From: Chitinophagales bacterium
Lineage (GTDB): Bacteria > Bacteroidota > Bacteroidia > Chitinophagales > Chitinophagaceae
Length of the DNA: 61,438 nt
NCBI GenBank assembly: GCA_038234405.1
Contig: JBBQTZ010000001.1
Coordinates: 1 to 61,438 of the forward strand
Direction of reading: 5' to 3'
Positions 29,462 through 41,800 of this stretch are shown in pieces; position 1 is the stretch's first letter, and each line of letters opens with the position of its first letter. The notes under the pieces were generated by a model. The model was given only the letters and a program-made list of their open reading frames with translations, did no database searches and was not told the origin of the DNA. Made by a program: the position numbers and the translations under genes.

Positions 29462-31255
29462 ATGGCTGTAGTACGTACGATACCAACACTTGCAAATCCA
29501 GATCTGTTTACTTTTACCATTAAAGTAGAAGGGGAAGCTATTTCCCGGGAGTTTCATATTGGAACAATAACAGTACACAAAGAAATTAATAAAATACCAT
29601 TTGCCCGCTTTGTTATTTTTGATGGTAATCCAGCAGATGAAACTTTTGCTGTAAGCAACACATCTACTTTTATCCCGGGTAAAAATATTGAAATTACGCT
29701 AGGTTATCATTCGCAGGAAGTAACAGTATTTAAAGGAATTATTGTGCTTCATTCTAATAAAATATCTTCTACATCCTCTTCACTTACTATTGAGTGTAAA
29801 GACGCTGCTGTAAAAATGACGATAGGTAGAAATAGTAAGCACTTTAACAATGTAAAGGATAGTGATGTTGCAGAAGAATTAATTGGTAAATATGGTCAAT
29901 TAACTGCGGATGTAGCTGCAACAACAATTCAGCATAAAGACCTTGTACAATTTGATACTACAGATTGGGATTTTATAGTATCCCGAATGGATAGTATTGG
30001 TAATATTTGTATTGTAAATGATGGAACTTTTACTATTAAAAAGCCTGCATTAAGTTCGCCTGCAAAACTTGATGTATTATATGGCGCCACCATCCTCGAT
30101 TATAAAGGAACTATTGATGCCCGCCATCAATTTAAAGCTGTAAATGCATCTGCCTGGAATTTTACCAATCAGGAGTTAACAGAAGTAGATGCTATTGAAC
30201 CCGCCTGGACGGAAGGGGGAGATATCAGTAATACAACTTTAGCAGATACAATAGGGTTGGAAAAATATAAACTTATTCATTCGGGTAAAATTACGGAGCA
30301 GGAGTTGCAGGCCTGGGCAGATGCAAGGCTTATGAAAGCAAGATTAGCAAAGATTAAAGGCTCTGTAAAATTTCAGGGAAATACTGATTTGTTACCAGGC
30401 GATTTTATAGGATTAAACGGCGTTGGAAACAGGTTTTCTGGTAAAGCAATTGTTGCAGCTATTCATCACGACTGTACAGAAGGTATGTGGACTACAGAAG
30501 TAAATTTTGGGATGGAACCTGAGTGGTTTGCAGAAACATTGCAGCATGTTAATCCTTTAACGCATAAAGGATTAATTCCTTCTTTACAGGGATTGCAGAT
30601 AGGTATTGTTACCAGCCTTGAAGATCCGGAAGGTGAAAACAGGGTTCAGGTAAAATTACCCGTTGTAAGTAATAGCGAAGATGGAATATGGGCAAGAATT
30701 GCAACACTTGACGCAGGTAATAACCGGGGTAGTTTTTTTCTTCCGGAAATAGGAGATGAAGTAATTATTGGTTGCATTAATAACGATCCTTCTCATATTG
30801 TTATTCTTGGAATGTTGAATAGTAGTGCCCTGCCAGCCCCATTAACAGCCGCAAATGCCAATAATGAAAAAGGCTATGTAAGCAGGGATAATATAAAAAT
30901 GATTTTTAACGACGATGAAAAATCTTTTAAACTCGAAACACCCGGTGGTAACAAAATTACATTAAGTGATCAGGATCAGGTAATAAAAATTGCAGATCAA
31001 AATGGCAATAAAATTATAATGGAATCTGCCGGAATTACTATTGAAAGTGCAAGCGATTTAAAGCTAAAAGCAGCCGGAAATATTACACTAGAGGGTATAA
31101 ATATTACCCTTACCCCTTCATCTAATTTTATAGTAAGTGCTGGTGGTGCCGAAATAAAGGCAGGCAGTGGAAGCATGGCAATTAAAGGCCCTTTAGTAAA
31201 AATTGAAGGAGCTGGTATAACGGAAATTATAGGTGGATTAGTAAAAATAAATTGA
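29462..31255 (+). CDS. vgrG: VgrG-like central spike (Afp8-like)
   Basis: INKIPFA, VQFDTTDWDF..SR, DPEGENRVQV, WAR, GSFFLPEIGDEV, beta-helix C-terminus. Confidence 0.93.
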   Translation: MAVVRTIPTLANPDLFTFTIKVEGEAISREFHIGTITVHKEINKIPFARFVIFDGNPADETFAVSNTSTFIPGKNIEITLGYHSQEVTVFKGIIVLHSNKISSTSSSLTIECKDAAVKMTIGRNSKHFNNVKDSDVAEELIGKYGQLTADVAATTIQHKDLVQFDTTDWDFIVSRMDSIGNICIVNDGTFTIKKPALSSPAKLDVLYGATILDYKGTIDARHQFKAVNASAWNFTNQELTEVDAIEPAWTEGGDISNTTLADTIGLEKYKLIHSGKITEQELQAWADARLMKARLAKIKGSVKFQGNTDLLPGDFIGLNGVGNRFSGKAIVAAIHHDCTEGMWTTEVNFGMEPEWFAETLQHVNPLTHKGLIPSLQGLQIGIVTSLEDPEGENRVQVKLPVVSNSEDGIWARIATLDAGNNRGSFFLPEIGDEVIIGCINNDPSHIVILGMLNSSALPAPLTAANANNEKGYVSRDNIKMIFNDDEKSFKLETPGGNKITLSDQDQVIKIADQNGNKIIMESAGITIESASDLKLKAAGNITLEGINITLTPSSNFIVSAGGAEIKAGSGSMAIKGPLVKIEGAGITEIIGGLVKIN

Positions 31256-31257
31256 TT

Positions 31258-31548
31258 ATGCCATTTGCAGCCAGAATAACAGACATGCATATTTGCCCAA
31301 TGGTAACCGGAACAGTACCACATGTAGGCGGGCCAATACTACCAACAGGCGTACCAACTGTATTAATAGGTGGTTTACCAGCTGCTTGCCTTGGTGATAA
31401 TTGTGTTTGTGCAGGCCCGCCAGATAGCATTGTAGCTGGCTCAGGTACAGTTTTAATTGGAGGCAAACCCGCTGCAAGAATGGGCGACTCCACAGCACAT
31501 GGAGGCACTATTATTTTAGGCTGTTTTACGGTATTAATTGGTGGTTGA
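31258..31548 (+). CDS. PAAR spike-tip protein (Afp10-like)
   Basis: MPFAARITDMHICP, LPAA, KPAARMGDSTAHGG. Confidence 0.95.
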   Translation: MPFAARITDMHICPMVTGTVPHVGGPILPTGVPTVLIGGLPAACLGDNCVCAGPPDSIVAGSGTVLIGGKPAARMGDSTAHGGTIILGCFTVLIGG

Positions 31549-31639
31549 AATAGTAACAAACAACCCTAAAAATGTTGCCAATCTGTTGCAGTTCTATTTG
31601 CCAATTTATTATTTAACTAAAGTTTTAAATACATACAAA

Positions 31640-32056
31640 TTGAAAGTTAATAAATCATTTTTAGGAACAGGATGGGGGTTTCCACCAACTTTTAGTAAAG
31701 ATAATTTGCAAGTTGATATGCTAAGTGATGTGGAAGATATACAGAGTAGTCTGGAAATCTTATTATCTACCAGGCAAGGCGAACGTATAATGTTACATAA
31801 GTATGGTTGTAATTTAAATGAGATGGTATTTGAGCCAATGACTACTACATTCAAAACGTACATAAAAGATATGATTCAAACTGCTATTCTTTATTATGAA
31901 CCAAGGATAGACGTTCAAAAAATAATTTTAGACGATAGCAGAGATCTTGAAGGCGTAATTGTGGTGATAATTGAATACATTATTAGAAGCACTAATTCCA
32001 GATACAATTTTGTTTATCCTTTTTATAAAAATGAAGGAACTCAAGTAAATAAATAA
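31640..32056 (+). CDS. gp25-like baseplate/sheath initiator (Afp9-like)
   Basis: Likely TTG start at 31640; SFLGTGWGFPP, DIQSSL.ILLST..GER, YEPRI, NSRYNFVYPFY. Confidence 0.9.
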   Translation: MKVNKSFLGTGWGFPPTFSKDNLQVDMLSDVEDIQSSLEILLSTRQGERIMLHKYGCNLNEMVFEPMTTTFKTYIKDMIQTAILYYEPRIDVQKIILDDSRDLEGVIVVIIEYIIRSTNSRYNFVYPFYKNEGTQVNK

Positions 32057-35000
32057 TGGCAACAACCTGTACAGATTCTAACGCAGTGAACCGGTCTGGC
32101 AGCAGCCAGCAGCAAAGGGTTATGAACGCTTTGTTACCACGCAATGCAAGTGTGGATGAGCGTGATTTTGCTGATCTTATATTATTTGCCAAACGATATG
32201 CCACTTACTTAAATTATTATAACGAAACAGATTTACCCGAAGGTGATTGGCAGGCACTTATGTGCATGGATATTTCTGTTACACTGGCAGGTATAGCCAA
32301 AACAGATGTAGTAGCCTACACCGATTATTTAAAAATCATTTTTAACAATATACAATCTGCAACGAATGAAACTGAAAGAATAAAACACTTTAAAACCATC
32401 TTCGATTTTATTTTTTCAGTTATTAAAGAGTTAGATACATACCTTAAAGAAATACCTGATGATTTTGAGTTTAGAGAATATTTTTCAAGTACTATACAGG
32501 CAAAATTACAAGAGCCTTTACAGCGGCTTTTTAATTATTACAACGATTTTATTGCCGCAGCTTATATTGATGTTACTTCAACTTATATCCCTGCTGATGC
32601 ACCTTTAAAAATTACACTTTCACAGCAATTTTCAATAAGCCAGTTAAGCGCAATATGGATAAGTTCTACCCCCATTCAGGTAATAATACTTAGTACACCT
32701 TCGCCTGCCAGCATAAGCAATGCTATTTACCATATTATTACCCATAATTTATTTACGGCTCAACATAATATTTTATTTAAAACACTGGCAAATTTAGTTG
32801 CCCAATCAGCTGCATTTTTAGATCAAACACTTACAAATTTCCCAAAGCATACGCCTCATTATGCGCTATACCTGAGCTTTCTTCATTTATTTAAAAATGC
32901 CCAAAATCAATTAAATCTTTTTGCCGGAAAGCACCTCGATTTTTATTATAAAGATGTTTTAAAACTTGCCGTAAAAGAACCTGTGTGTGACAGTGTACAT
33001 CTGATAGTAGAATTGCAAAAAACACTAGAGCAGCATCTTCTACAGCAAGGCACTTTATTTAAAGGAGGGAAGGATATAGATGGGAAAGAGATTTTTTATG
33101 CTGCGGATAATGAAACAGTTGTAAACAAGGCTGCTGTCAAAAGTCTTCAGTCTGTTTATGTGCAGCAAAATGCCATTGGTGCAAAAGATTTTGAAACCGT
33201 TTATTCATCCATTATTACCAATTCGGAAGATGGACAAGGCGCTAAAATTATCAGCGCCAATAATGAATGGTTTCCATTTGGCAACCCAAAAAAGATTAAG
33301 GAAGCCACCATAGGTTTTATCATTGCATCTCATTATCTCTATCTTAAAGAAGCTACCAGAACTATTACAGTAAAATTTACTTTTAGTGAGCCTGTAAAAC
33401 TTTTAAATAATGATATTAATGCAGCATTTTTTATTGAACTAACGGGCAAAAAAGGTTGGTTTACAGTGCCCTCCTACAATGCTGTGGTAGATGCATTGGC
33501 AAATACAATCGTTTTTACTTTTACAATAGAAGGGGATGCTCCGGCAATTGTTGGCTATTCAGAAAAAATACATGCAGCCAATTATTTAACAGCATTGCCG
33601 CTGATAAGATTTGTTATGCGAAACGAAAAAAATCTTTTTAATCCTTATGCTATTTTAAAGGGCATACCATTAAAAAGTATTTTAATTAGCGTATCGGTTA
33701 AAGGTGTAAAAGACCTACTGCTACAAAATGACGAAGGAACGCTAGATTCATCCAAGCCATTTAAGCTATTTGGAAGTCAACCAAAAGTAGGTTCCTCTTT
33801 TATATTGGGGAGTAAAGAAATTTTTCAAAAAAATCTTACTCAATTAAGTCTTGTAATAGATTGGGATGAAGTGCCAGACAGCCTTTCTGCTCAATTAGAT
33901 GAGGCACTGCACGAGTATGAACGTACATTAAATTTTATTGACGTAAAAAGAAAATTTCATACAGTAAAAACAGGTATACTAAGTAAAGGCAAATGGGTAG
34001 AGCTTGATAAACAAAAAGGAATGTTTACAGAAGATAATTTGTACAACGTAATTTATGACTGGACGAGACCTGACTATAAATATGCTGGTAAAATTTCTGC
34101 AACAGATATTGAACATGCAGAAATAAATATAAGCACTAATAAAATTGAACCTACTGAAAGGAATTATGATAAAAATGAATCGTACTCAAATACTGCTGTG
34201 GATGGCTTTTTAAAACTAGATTTAAATTTTCCTGATTTTGGCCATAGTGCCTATCCTGCAGCTTTAAAAAATGCAGCACAAACTGTTACAGTTGCTGTAA
34301 CAGGCGCAGGCACAGCAAATATGACAATGAGCGTTTCTCCAACCTCCTCTTTACCCAAAGAGCCCTATACACCTTCTGTAAAAAGTTTTTCGGTTAATTA
34401 TAAAGCATCTGCAGAAATTAATCTTGCAGAAACAGATGTTTCAGTATTTAAAAAAAGAGAGGCAAATTTTTATCACTTTTCTCCTTTTGGATATACAGAA
34501 ATTAGTTCAGCATTACAATCTGCTGTTACCCTATTACCAGCCTACCAAAATGAAGGCGAGCTTTTTATAGGAATAGATGAATTAAAACCTTCTTCCACCC
34601 TTCAAATATTGTTTCAAATAGCCGATGGCACATCCAACCCATTAGTAGAAAATACGGTAATATACTGGTATTATTTATCAAACAACAACTGGATAAAGTT
34701 TGATAAACTTGCCGTTGCAGATGCTACAAAAAACTTTACACAGTCTGGTATAGTTACGTTTATATTCAATGAAAAAATTAATAAGGGCAATCAATTGTTT
34801 AGCGCTGATTTATCGTGGATAAAAGCGGTAGTTAATAGTAAATCTGATGCAGTTTGTAAATTGATTTCTATACAGGCGCAAGCTATTAAAGCAACTTTAC
34901 AAGTTGATAAATCAAAAGGTTGCTGGTTTAAAAAAACGTTATCGGCAAACACTATTAGTAAGATGGTAATAGCTGATGCTGCCATCAAAAAAATTACACA

Positions 35001-35754
35001 ACCTTATGAGTCATTTGGAGGAAGAGTACCAGAATCAAACGATCAATTCTATACCAGGGTAAGTGAAAGACTTCGCCATAAACAGCGAGCTATTACAGCC
35101 TTTGATTATGAGAGAATAGTTTTGGAACAATTTCCTTCTATTTACAAAGCAAAGTGTATAAACCATACGGGTTTAGTGCCGGCAAAACAGGCTAGTACCA
35201 ACAAGTATAGCGAAACTGCACCAGGAAACGTAACAATCGTTACCATACCCGATATAAGAAATCAAACATTTAAAAATATATTAAAGCCATATACCAGTAT
35301 TGGATTACTTACCAATATTAAAGAATACCTCTCAAAAATTACCACTCCATTTGTAAAACTCCATGTACTTAATCCCAAGTTTGAAGAAGTACAATTTCAG
35401 TTTACAGTAAAAATTACACCGCCTTTAGATGAATCATTTTATGTAAAGCAATTAAGCCTTGATATAGAGCAATTCCTTTGTCCGTGGGCATTTAACAGCG
35501 GAAGCGATATTGAATTTGGAGGTAAAATATCTAAATCAGTTATTTTAAATTTTATTGAAGAAAGGTATTATGTTGATTACCTCACCTGTTTTATAATGAA
35601 TCATTTTATAGACAGAGGTATGCCATCTCATAAAGAATTATATGATGTGGAAGAAGCAAAAACTACAACAGGTATTTCTATTCTTGTTTCTTATTTTGAT
35701 GAAGTAACCAATGTTAAACACCTTATTAATACAGGGGTTCCCTGTGTATGCTAA
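32056..35754 (+). CDS. Baseplate J-like protein (Afp11-like)
   Basis: PHYALY, HLDFYY, PFG, SFGGR..E...FYTRVSERLRHKQRA, DYERIVLEQFP. Confidence 0.9.
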   Translation: MATTCTDSNAVNRSGSSQQQRVMNALLPRNASVDERDFADLILFAKRYATYLNYYNETDLPEGDWQALMCMDISVTLAGIAKTDVVAYTDYLKIIFNNIQSATNETERIKHFKTIFDFIFSVIKELDTYLKEIPDDFEFREYFSSTIQAKLQEPLQRLFNYYNDFIAAAYIDVTSTYIPADAPLKITLSQQFSISQLSAIWISSTPIQVIILSTPSPASISNAIYHIITHNLFTAQHNILFKTLANLVAQSAAFLDQTLTNFPKHTPHYALYLSFLHLFKNAQNQLNLFAGKHLDFYYKDVLKLAVKEPVCDSVHLIVELQKTLEQHLLQQGTLFKGGKDIDGKEIFYAADNETVVNKAAVKSLQSVYVQQNAIGAKDFETVYSSIITNSEDGQGAKIISANNEWFPFGNPKKIKEATIGFIIASHYLYLKEATRTITVKFTFSEPVKLLNNDINAAFFIELTGKKGWFTVPSYNAVVDALANTIVFTFTIEGDAPAIVGYSEKIHAANYLTALPLIRFVMRNEKNLFNPYAILKGIPLKSILISVSVKGVKDLLLQNDEGTLDSSKPFKLFGSQPKVGSSFILGSKEIFQKNLTQLSLVIDWDEVPDSLSAQLDEALHEYERTLNFIDVKRKFHTVKTGILSKGKWVELDKQKGMFTEDNLYNVIYDWTRPDYKYAGKISATDIEHAEINISTNKIEPTERNYDKNESYSNTAVDGFLKLDLNFPDFGHSAYPAALKNAAQTVTVAVTGAGTANMTMSVSPTSSLPKEPYTPSVKSFSVNYKASAEINLAETDVSVFKKREANFYHFSPFGYTEISSALQSAVTLLPAYQNEGELFIGIDELKPSSTLQILFQIADGTSNPLVENTVIYWYYLSNNNWIKFDKLAVADATKNFTQSGIVTFIFNEKINKGNQLFSADLSWIKAVVNSKSDAVCKLISIQAQAIKATLQVDKSKGCWFKKTLSANTISKMVIADAAIKKITQPYESFGGRVPESNDQFYTRVSERLRHKQRAITAFDYERIVLEQFPSIYKAKCINHTGLVPAKQASTNKYSETAPGNVTIVTIPDIRNQTFKNILKPYTSIGLLTNIKEYLSKITTPFVKLHVLNPKFEEVQFQFTVKITPPLDESFYVKQLSLDIEQFLCPWAFNSGSDIEFGGKISKSVILNFIEERYYVDYLTCFIMNHFIDRGMPSHKELYDVEEAKTTTGISILVSYFDEVTNVKHLINTGVPCVC

Positions 35755-38700
35755 TGGATCAAAATAATATCATATTAAAAAACAGATCGCTTTCTACTGC
35801 AGAAGATTATGAACTGCTAAGGAAAATGGGCAGGGATTATATTGAAAATTTGGGAAGCGATTTGTGGACAGATTACAACGAACATGATCCTGGTATTACT
35901 ATCCTGGAGGCGCTATGCTATGCCATTACAGAATTGGGCTACAGAACCAATATGGACATAAAAGATTTGTTAACAGAATCTGATGGAAAAATAGCAGCAA
36001 CACAACCTTTTTTTACTGCTAAAAATATTCTTACCTGCAGCGCACTTACGGTTAATGATTACAGAAAGTTGCTTGCAGATGTTATTGGCGTACACAATGC
36101 CTGGTTGTATGCAAATGATAGCGCTGGTAATGGCAATGTTCAACAAGCCTCCATCAACGAAGTTGCGATTTATGCAGATTGTAAAAAAGATACATTAACC
36201 ACTGATAAAACAGCTCACCCGTTGTATATTAATGGATTGTACACCGTATTATTAGATTTGGATAATGATGAAGAATTTGGTGACCTTAACAAAGGCGACA
36301 TTGAGATTTTTAACCCTGCTTCAAGTGCATCTTTACCAAAGTTTAAAGCCGGTGATATAAGCTTTACTATCGAATTGCCCTATATAAACAAAGTAGATAT
36401 TGATTTTGTAAAAGCTGCTGCAGACAAAATACATATTACCAATGTAACTGTTTTTCAGCAAAATGCTTTATGGAAATGTACTGTAAAAACCGATACAGGT
36501 TTGCAGCCAATCACCTTTGTTATTACTATTAATAAGAAGCCATCTGGCAAAAAAATTGAATTGACAGATTTACAGGATTTGTTCTCCGATATATTTGTGA
36601 GCCAGGTATTTTACCTGTTTAGCAAAAAGATTGAAAAGGTGTATTCCATCTTTAGTAAAATAAAACAAGTATTGCACGTAAACCGTAATTTATGTGAAGA
36701 TTTTATAAAAATTGAAACAGTAAAAGATGAAGAAGTTGCCATTTGTTGTGATATTGACGTAAGCCCCAATACAGATATGGAGGCAGTGCAGGCAACGGTT
36801 TTTTATTTGATAGAATACTACCTTAATCCGAGTATAAATTTTTACCTGTTAAAAGAGTTAATGGCCAAAGGGATATCGGTAGATCAAATATTTGAAGGGC
36901 CAAAATTACAACATGGTTTTATAGATACCCAGGAAATTGAATCAACACAACTTAGAGAAGTAATACATACTTCTGATATTATTAATTTACTGATGGATAT
37001 ACCAGGTGTACTTGCTGTACGCAATTTTTTGCTTACAAAGTATGATAGTAATGGTGTTGCAGTAAAAAACCATATCAGTTTGCAATGGTGCATGCACATA
37101 AGCCCAAAACATAAGCCGGTATTGTCTATCAACCGTTCTAAAATAATTTTTTATAAAAATAATTTTCCATTTTTAGCTACTTATGCAGAAATTAAAGACT
37201 CTCTAAAATTAATGAGAGCCAGCAAAGAAAGACCAAAGCTAAAAGGGCAGCAAGATGATTTACCCATTCCGGCAGGCAGCTTTAAACAGTTAGATGAATA
37301 TTGGTCAGTGCAAAATGATTTGCCACAAACTTACGGTGTAGGGCAAGCAGGTTTACCACTTACAGCAACCTTTTTACGCAAGGCCCAGGCAAAGCAATTA
37401 AAAGGATATTTATTATTTTATGATCAACTATTGGCTGATTTTTTTTCGCAGTTATCCAATGCCAAAAAGCTGTTTGGGCTGGCTGATTTAAAGCAAACCT
37501 ATTTTTCACAATTCCTGGAAACCATACCAGGTATTTTACCCGTTTATCAACAAAGCATACCCGGCATTGCCTCGCTTAAATCGGTATTTCAAAATCAAGA
37601 TTCTACCATAGCATCCGCCAATAAAGACTGGAAATTATTAAAAGAATCTGTCACTTTATTTGAAGAACGGCGCAATAAATTTCTGGACCATTTACTGTCT
37701 CGCTTTTCCGAAAGTTTTAGCGATTACGTAATGATGATGTACAGCATTAATTATAGCAATCGTACAGCCAAATCTGTATCAGCAGAAAAACTCATCAGCA
37801 ATAAAATCAATTTTTTAAAAGAATATCCTCTAATTAGCTACTCAAGAGGAACAGCTTTTAATTATTATCCTTTAGCTGATGATAATACTATTAAAAACAC
37901 TTTATTATGGGATACAGATAATGTTTCCGGACTGGAAAAAAGAATTTCAAAATTAAGTGGCATAAAAAACTACTTCAGGCGGTTTTTATCTTGTATAAAA
38001 AATATCGAAATTAAAACGGTAAAGGAAAAATTGGTGCAGGCAGATACTACAGAGTTGGTAAAAACCTACTACGAATTTACTCTTCAAAATAAGCAGGGAG
38101 ATATTTTGCAGCAACAAGGCAAATTTGAATCTAAGGCAGCACTCGAAAAAGTGATAGCCGAATTGATAAAACTTACCAATGATAAAACCAATTATTTGTA
38201 TGATAGTACAACACATACAATTGAAGTAATAGGCACTGATAATAAGGTTTTGGCAGTAAGCAGCAGCAATTATATAACAAAGGCAGATGCAGAAAAAGTG
38301 ATAAAACAGTTTGCATTAGAATTTAGCCAGGATTGTGGTGACCCTGAAGGGATTTTATTGATAGAACATCTTTTATTGCGGCCAAGAGATAAAAACTATC
38401 AATTAATGCAGGTTTGCCTTGATAAGGATTGTGACTTTTGCGGAGAAGAAAATCCTTACAGTTTTAGGGCATCTGTTTTTTTACCCTATTGGACAGAGCA
38501 GTTTAATAACATGAACTTTAGAACTTATTTTGAAAACATCATTAGGGCAGAAGCACCTGCACACATTATGCTAAAAGTTTGCTGGTTAAGTAATGAGCAA
38601 ATGAGGCAGCTTGAAATAGTTTATAAGCATTGGATAAATGCCCTGGCAAATTTTACCCACCACCCACAAGATAATTTTAATAAAAGCCATTTTAAAGAGG

Positions 38701-38849
38701 CAAATAATAAGCTTGTTTTATTGCTTGCAACACTCCATTCAGTTTACCCTGAAGCAACCTTACATGATTGTGATGAAAGTATAAATACCAACCCGGTAAT
38801 GCTGGGTAAAACAATATTAGGAACCATAAAACCTAAAAGCAATGAGTAA
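35748..38849 (+). CDS. Baseplate wedge protein (Afp12-like)
   Basis: WTDYNEHDPGITILEALCYAITELGYR, RNLCEDF, QLKGYLLFYDQ, IEHLLLRP, EAPAHI. Confidence 0.88.
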   Translation: MLMDQNNIILKNRSLSTAEDYELLRKMGRDYIENLGSDLWTDYNEHDPGITILEALCYAITELGYRTNMDIKDLLTESDGKIAATQPFFTAKNILTCSALTVNDYRKLLADVIGVHNAWLYANDSAGNGNVQQASINEVAIYADCKKDTLTTDKTAHPLYINGLYTVLLDLDNDEEFGDLNKGDIEIFNPASSASLPKFKAGDISFTIELPYINKVDIDFVKAAADKIHITNVTVFQQNALWKCTVKTDTGLQPITFVITINKKPSGKKIELTDLQDLFSDIFVSQVFYLFSKKIEKVYSIFSKIKQVLHVNRNLCEDFIKIETVKDEEVAICCDIDVSPNTDMEAVQATVFYLIEYYLNPSINFYLLKELMAKGISVDQIFEGPKLQHGFIDTQEIESTQLREVIHTSDIINLLMDIPGVLAVRNFLLTKYDSNGVAVKNHISLQWCMHISPKHKPVLSINRSKIIFYKNNFPFLATYAEIKDSLKLMRASKERPKLKGQQDDLPIPAGSFKQLDEYWSVQNDLPQTYGVGQAGLPLTATFLRKAQAKQLKGYLLFYDQLLADFFSQLSNAKKLFGLADLKQTYFSQFLETIPGILPVYQQSIPGIASLKSVFQNQDSTIASANKDWKLLKESVTLFEERRNKFLDHLLSRFSESFSDYVMMMYSINYSNRTAKSVSAEKLISNKINFLKEYPLISYSRGTAFNYYPLADDNTIKNTLLWDTDNVSGLEKRISKLSGIKNYFRRFLSCIKNIEIKTVKEKLVQADTTELVKTYYEFTLQNKQGDILQQQGKFESKAALEKVIAELIKLTNDKTNYLYDSTTHTIEVIGTDNKVLAVSSSNYITKADAEKVIKQFALEFSQDCGDPEGILLIEHLLLRPRDKNYQLMQVCLDKDCDFCGEENPYSFRASVFLPYWTEQFNNMNFRTYFENIIRAEAPAHIMLKVCWLSNEQMRQLEIVYKHWINALANFTHHPQDNFNKSHFKEANNKLVLLLATLHSVYPEATLHDCDESINTNPVMLGKTILGTIKPKSNE

Positions 38850-41800
38850 TACAGATGCCTACATTATTTTTGAAGCCGATCAGGTGTTAACAAACGACCA
38901 CCTGAATAAACTATTTGATTACCTGGATATACAGGAACGTTTAACACGAAATAAACTCATTGGTATAGGTATAGTTTGTGGTATGCAAATTAGCTACCTG
39001 CCCAACTCTATTAATATTTCAAAAGGCTGCGGTGTTACTTCTAAAGGATACCTTATACCTTGGCAAGATGCAGTGCTTACACAATACATTTCATATACAT
39101 TGCCTGCAAACCCGCTGTACCAGTCTTTTGTAAACGAAGCTACCGGTCAGCAGTACGAACTTTTTAGAATGCTAACCAATGAGGAGGCTAAAGCAATTGA
39201 AGGAGTTAAACAGCAGGTTACCGGAGCCGTAAAAGATAAGGTAGTAGTCCTTTTTTTAGAAGCAAATGAAAAAGATTTAAAAAATTGTGACACGCAGGAT
39301 TGTAATGAAAAAGGCAGGCAGATGGAACTTACTGTTCGTCCCTTACTTATTGCAGGTAAAGATTTGGATGAGATTAAGCAAAAGCAACAAAAATTAAGTG
39401 GTGATGATAATTTAAACGATAGCTACCTTACACGGCTCAATTTGATGGAAATACCTTTTAAAAGGTTTAATGTAAAAGCTACACCATTAGCAGATGCGTA
39501 TGATATTTATAATGCCTACACACAAGTTACAGATGATGATACACTAAAAAATATTGCAAAGGCTTACATTCAATCTTTTGCAATATTTAAACCAATATTA
39601 AATGGCTATGGTAATGAAAATCCATTTAAAAATTTATCAGAGGAGTTATTACAGAAACTTGATTTTATAAAAAAATCAATGCCTGTATATATTCAATACT
39701 ATTATGATTTTTTAGATGATCTTGTAAAAGCATACCAGGAATTTAAAGACAGGAGTTTTGATGTAATTACCGAATGTTGCCCCGATGAAGATCTTTTTCC
39801 TATGCACCTGATGTTAGGAGAATCAACAATTGATACTTCCAATTACACCCGGTCGCCTTATCGCCAATATTTTATTTCTTCACCACTTTTTAATAACCAA
39901 ACCAATCTTTTAAATGAAGTAAAAACTTTATTTGACAGAATGGTAAGTTTAGTTAAAAATTTCTTTGTACCGCAGTATTTCGAAAAGCCGGGCGTACCCA
40001 TTAGGATTACACCCTCCAAATGGAGTGGAGCACCCTTATCAGAAAGAGCAATACCGTATTACTATAATATAAATAATGTAGCCCGGTTTTGGAGTCCGGA
40101 TAAAGCAAAAAAAGGCAGGTGGAATTATAATTTATCTTACAATGCAGAAAAATTTGCAAAATTACCGCCAGAAAACATTACCACTCCACTCAAGTATGGT
40201 ATAGAAGCCAATGATTTTTACCGTATTGAAGGTCATATTGGTCAAAATTTTTCCACTGTTTTAGAAGATATTTTATTTAAAAAAAACTCCAGCAGGCTAC
40301 CTTTTGATGTAATAGCTTTAAGAGCAGGCGTTGATGCAGCCGATACTGTAATTAAGTACAATTGCCATTTTGAAGACCTTGAAGCTCAGTTTAAAATATT
40401 TAGGGCAGAGCTTGCTTGTAAAATGCACGAACCCCTGTGTATTGTTGCTAAAATTCCCTCTATTCTTCGATTAATATTAAATAGCAACAATGAAACATTT
40501 AGTTTTCTTGATACTTTTAGTGGTGTTCATTTACTTGCAATGCAAGATGTTGTAGATCAAAAAAACAGGATACTTACTAACTTTATAAAAGTAATCCGAT
40601 TCACTAAAAAAGGTGAGTTTTTAAAAACCTATTGCCCGGTTAAAGAGGGAACAATAGGTGGTGATTATATAAAAGCTACCAATAAATTTTTTCCACGACC
40701 AGCACAAATAGATTTAACTACTACTGCAGGCGCAAGAGCCGCCCTCCTGTATTTAATAGATATTACCGAGGCCTTAATGCAAAACATGACTGCAGGCTCT
40801 ACCATCTACAATTTTAACTATACTAGTTTTAATAAAGTGTATGATGATGTGGTAAGTTTTTTTACAGACTTTATGCAGGCCGTACTTATAGCAGATGGGC
40901 AGCAAAGAAAATTAAGTCCTTTTTTGTTTGGTATGTTAGAAGCTGTTGTTACCAGTTGTATGGATGAAAAATTAAAAGCACTAGTTGATGAATATACCGC
41001 AAGGGTTGCAAAAATTCAAAAGCAAAACCTGTTATCTGAGTATTTAAAAACTAATCCAGGTATTGATCATAAAGCAGGAGTGCCAAGGGGCGGCACATTT
41101 ATTATTGTTTACCACGAGGCTCCACCAACAAGGGCGGGCCTTGCAACAGCCGTAAAAGCTGTTGCCAATGTAACCACAATTGATACTGCTGCAACTGATG
41201 CAAGTAAAAAAAAGCTAACAGATGCAGCGGTAATTACAAAAGATAATCTTTCACAGATTATGCAACTTTTTGATAAAAGCGAACTGCAGTTAACCAAGGT
41301 ACAAGCCACAGCTTTAAAGGATTTAACACTACAGCGCTTTGCAACAGCGGCGGCTATCAGGGCACCATTTCCCATACAGGATAATACCGTGATTGCAGAT
41401 TTTTATCTCCCTTATTTATGTTGTTCAGATTGTGCACCTGTTACGTATGTGCTGCCCAAACCACCCCAAATCTTTGCCATAAATCCAACTGTTTTTTGTT
41501 CAAATGATCAGCAACTTTATATATTTAAAACAGAGCCCGCCATTGAAGATATAAACGCTATTGAAAATAAAAATGGATTACAACTAGAGCTTGATGCAAG
41601 TGGAAAGTTATTTTTTATTCCTGCAAAGCAAACTTTACAGCAAACTACCAGCTATTTGCTTACTTACAACAACATTGCTTTAGAGCTGAAGGTTGTAGCT
41701 GTTTTTGCCATTGAATTTAAAACAGAAGCCATTGCTACCGATCCATTTTCTATTCGGTTTACTCCTGTTAATACGGCCAATAAAGAAGTTTCCTGGAATT

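Noticed and set aside
26114-31548. Canonical T6SS (including Bacteroidota T6SS-iii)
   Set aside because: VgrG and PAAR are present, but the sheath is a single phage-like protein, the tubes are gp19-like, and there is no TssB/C pair, ClpV, TssK or membrane complex
31538-31639. N-terminal extension of gp25 in the ORF track
   Set aside because: Overlaps the PAAR gene and looks like AT-rich intergenic DNA; family similarity begins at SFLGTGW just after TTG 31640
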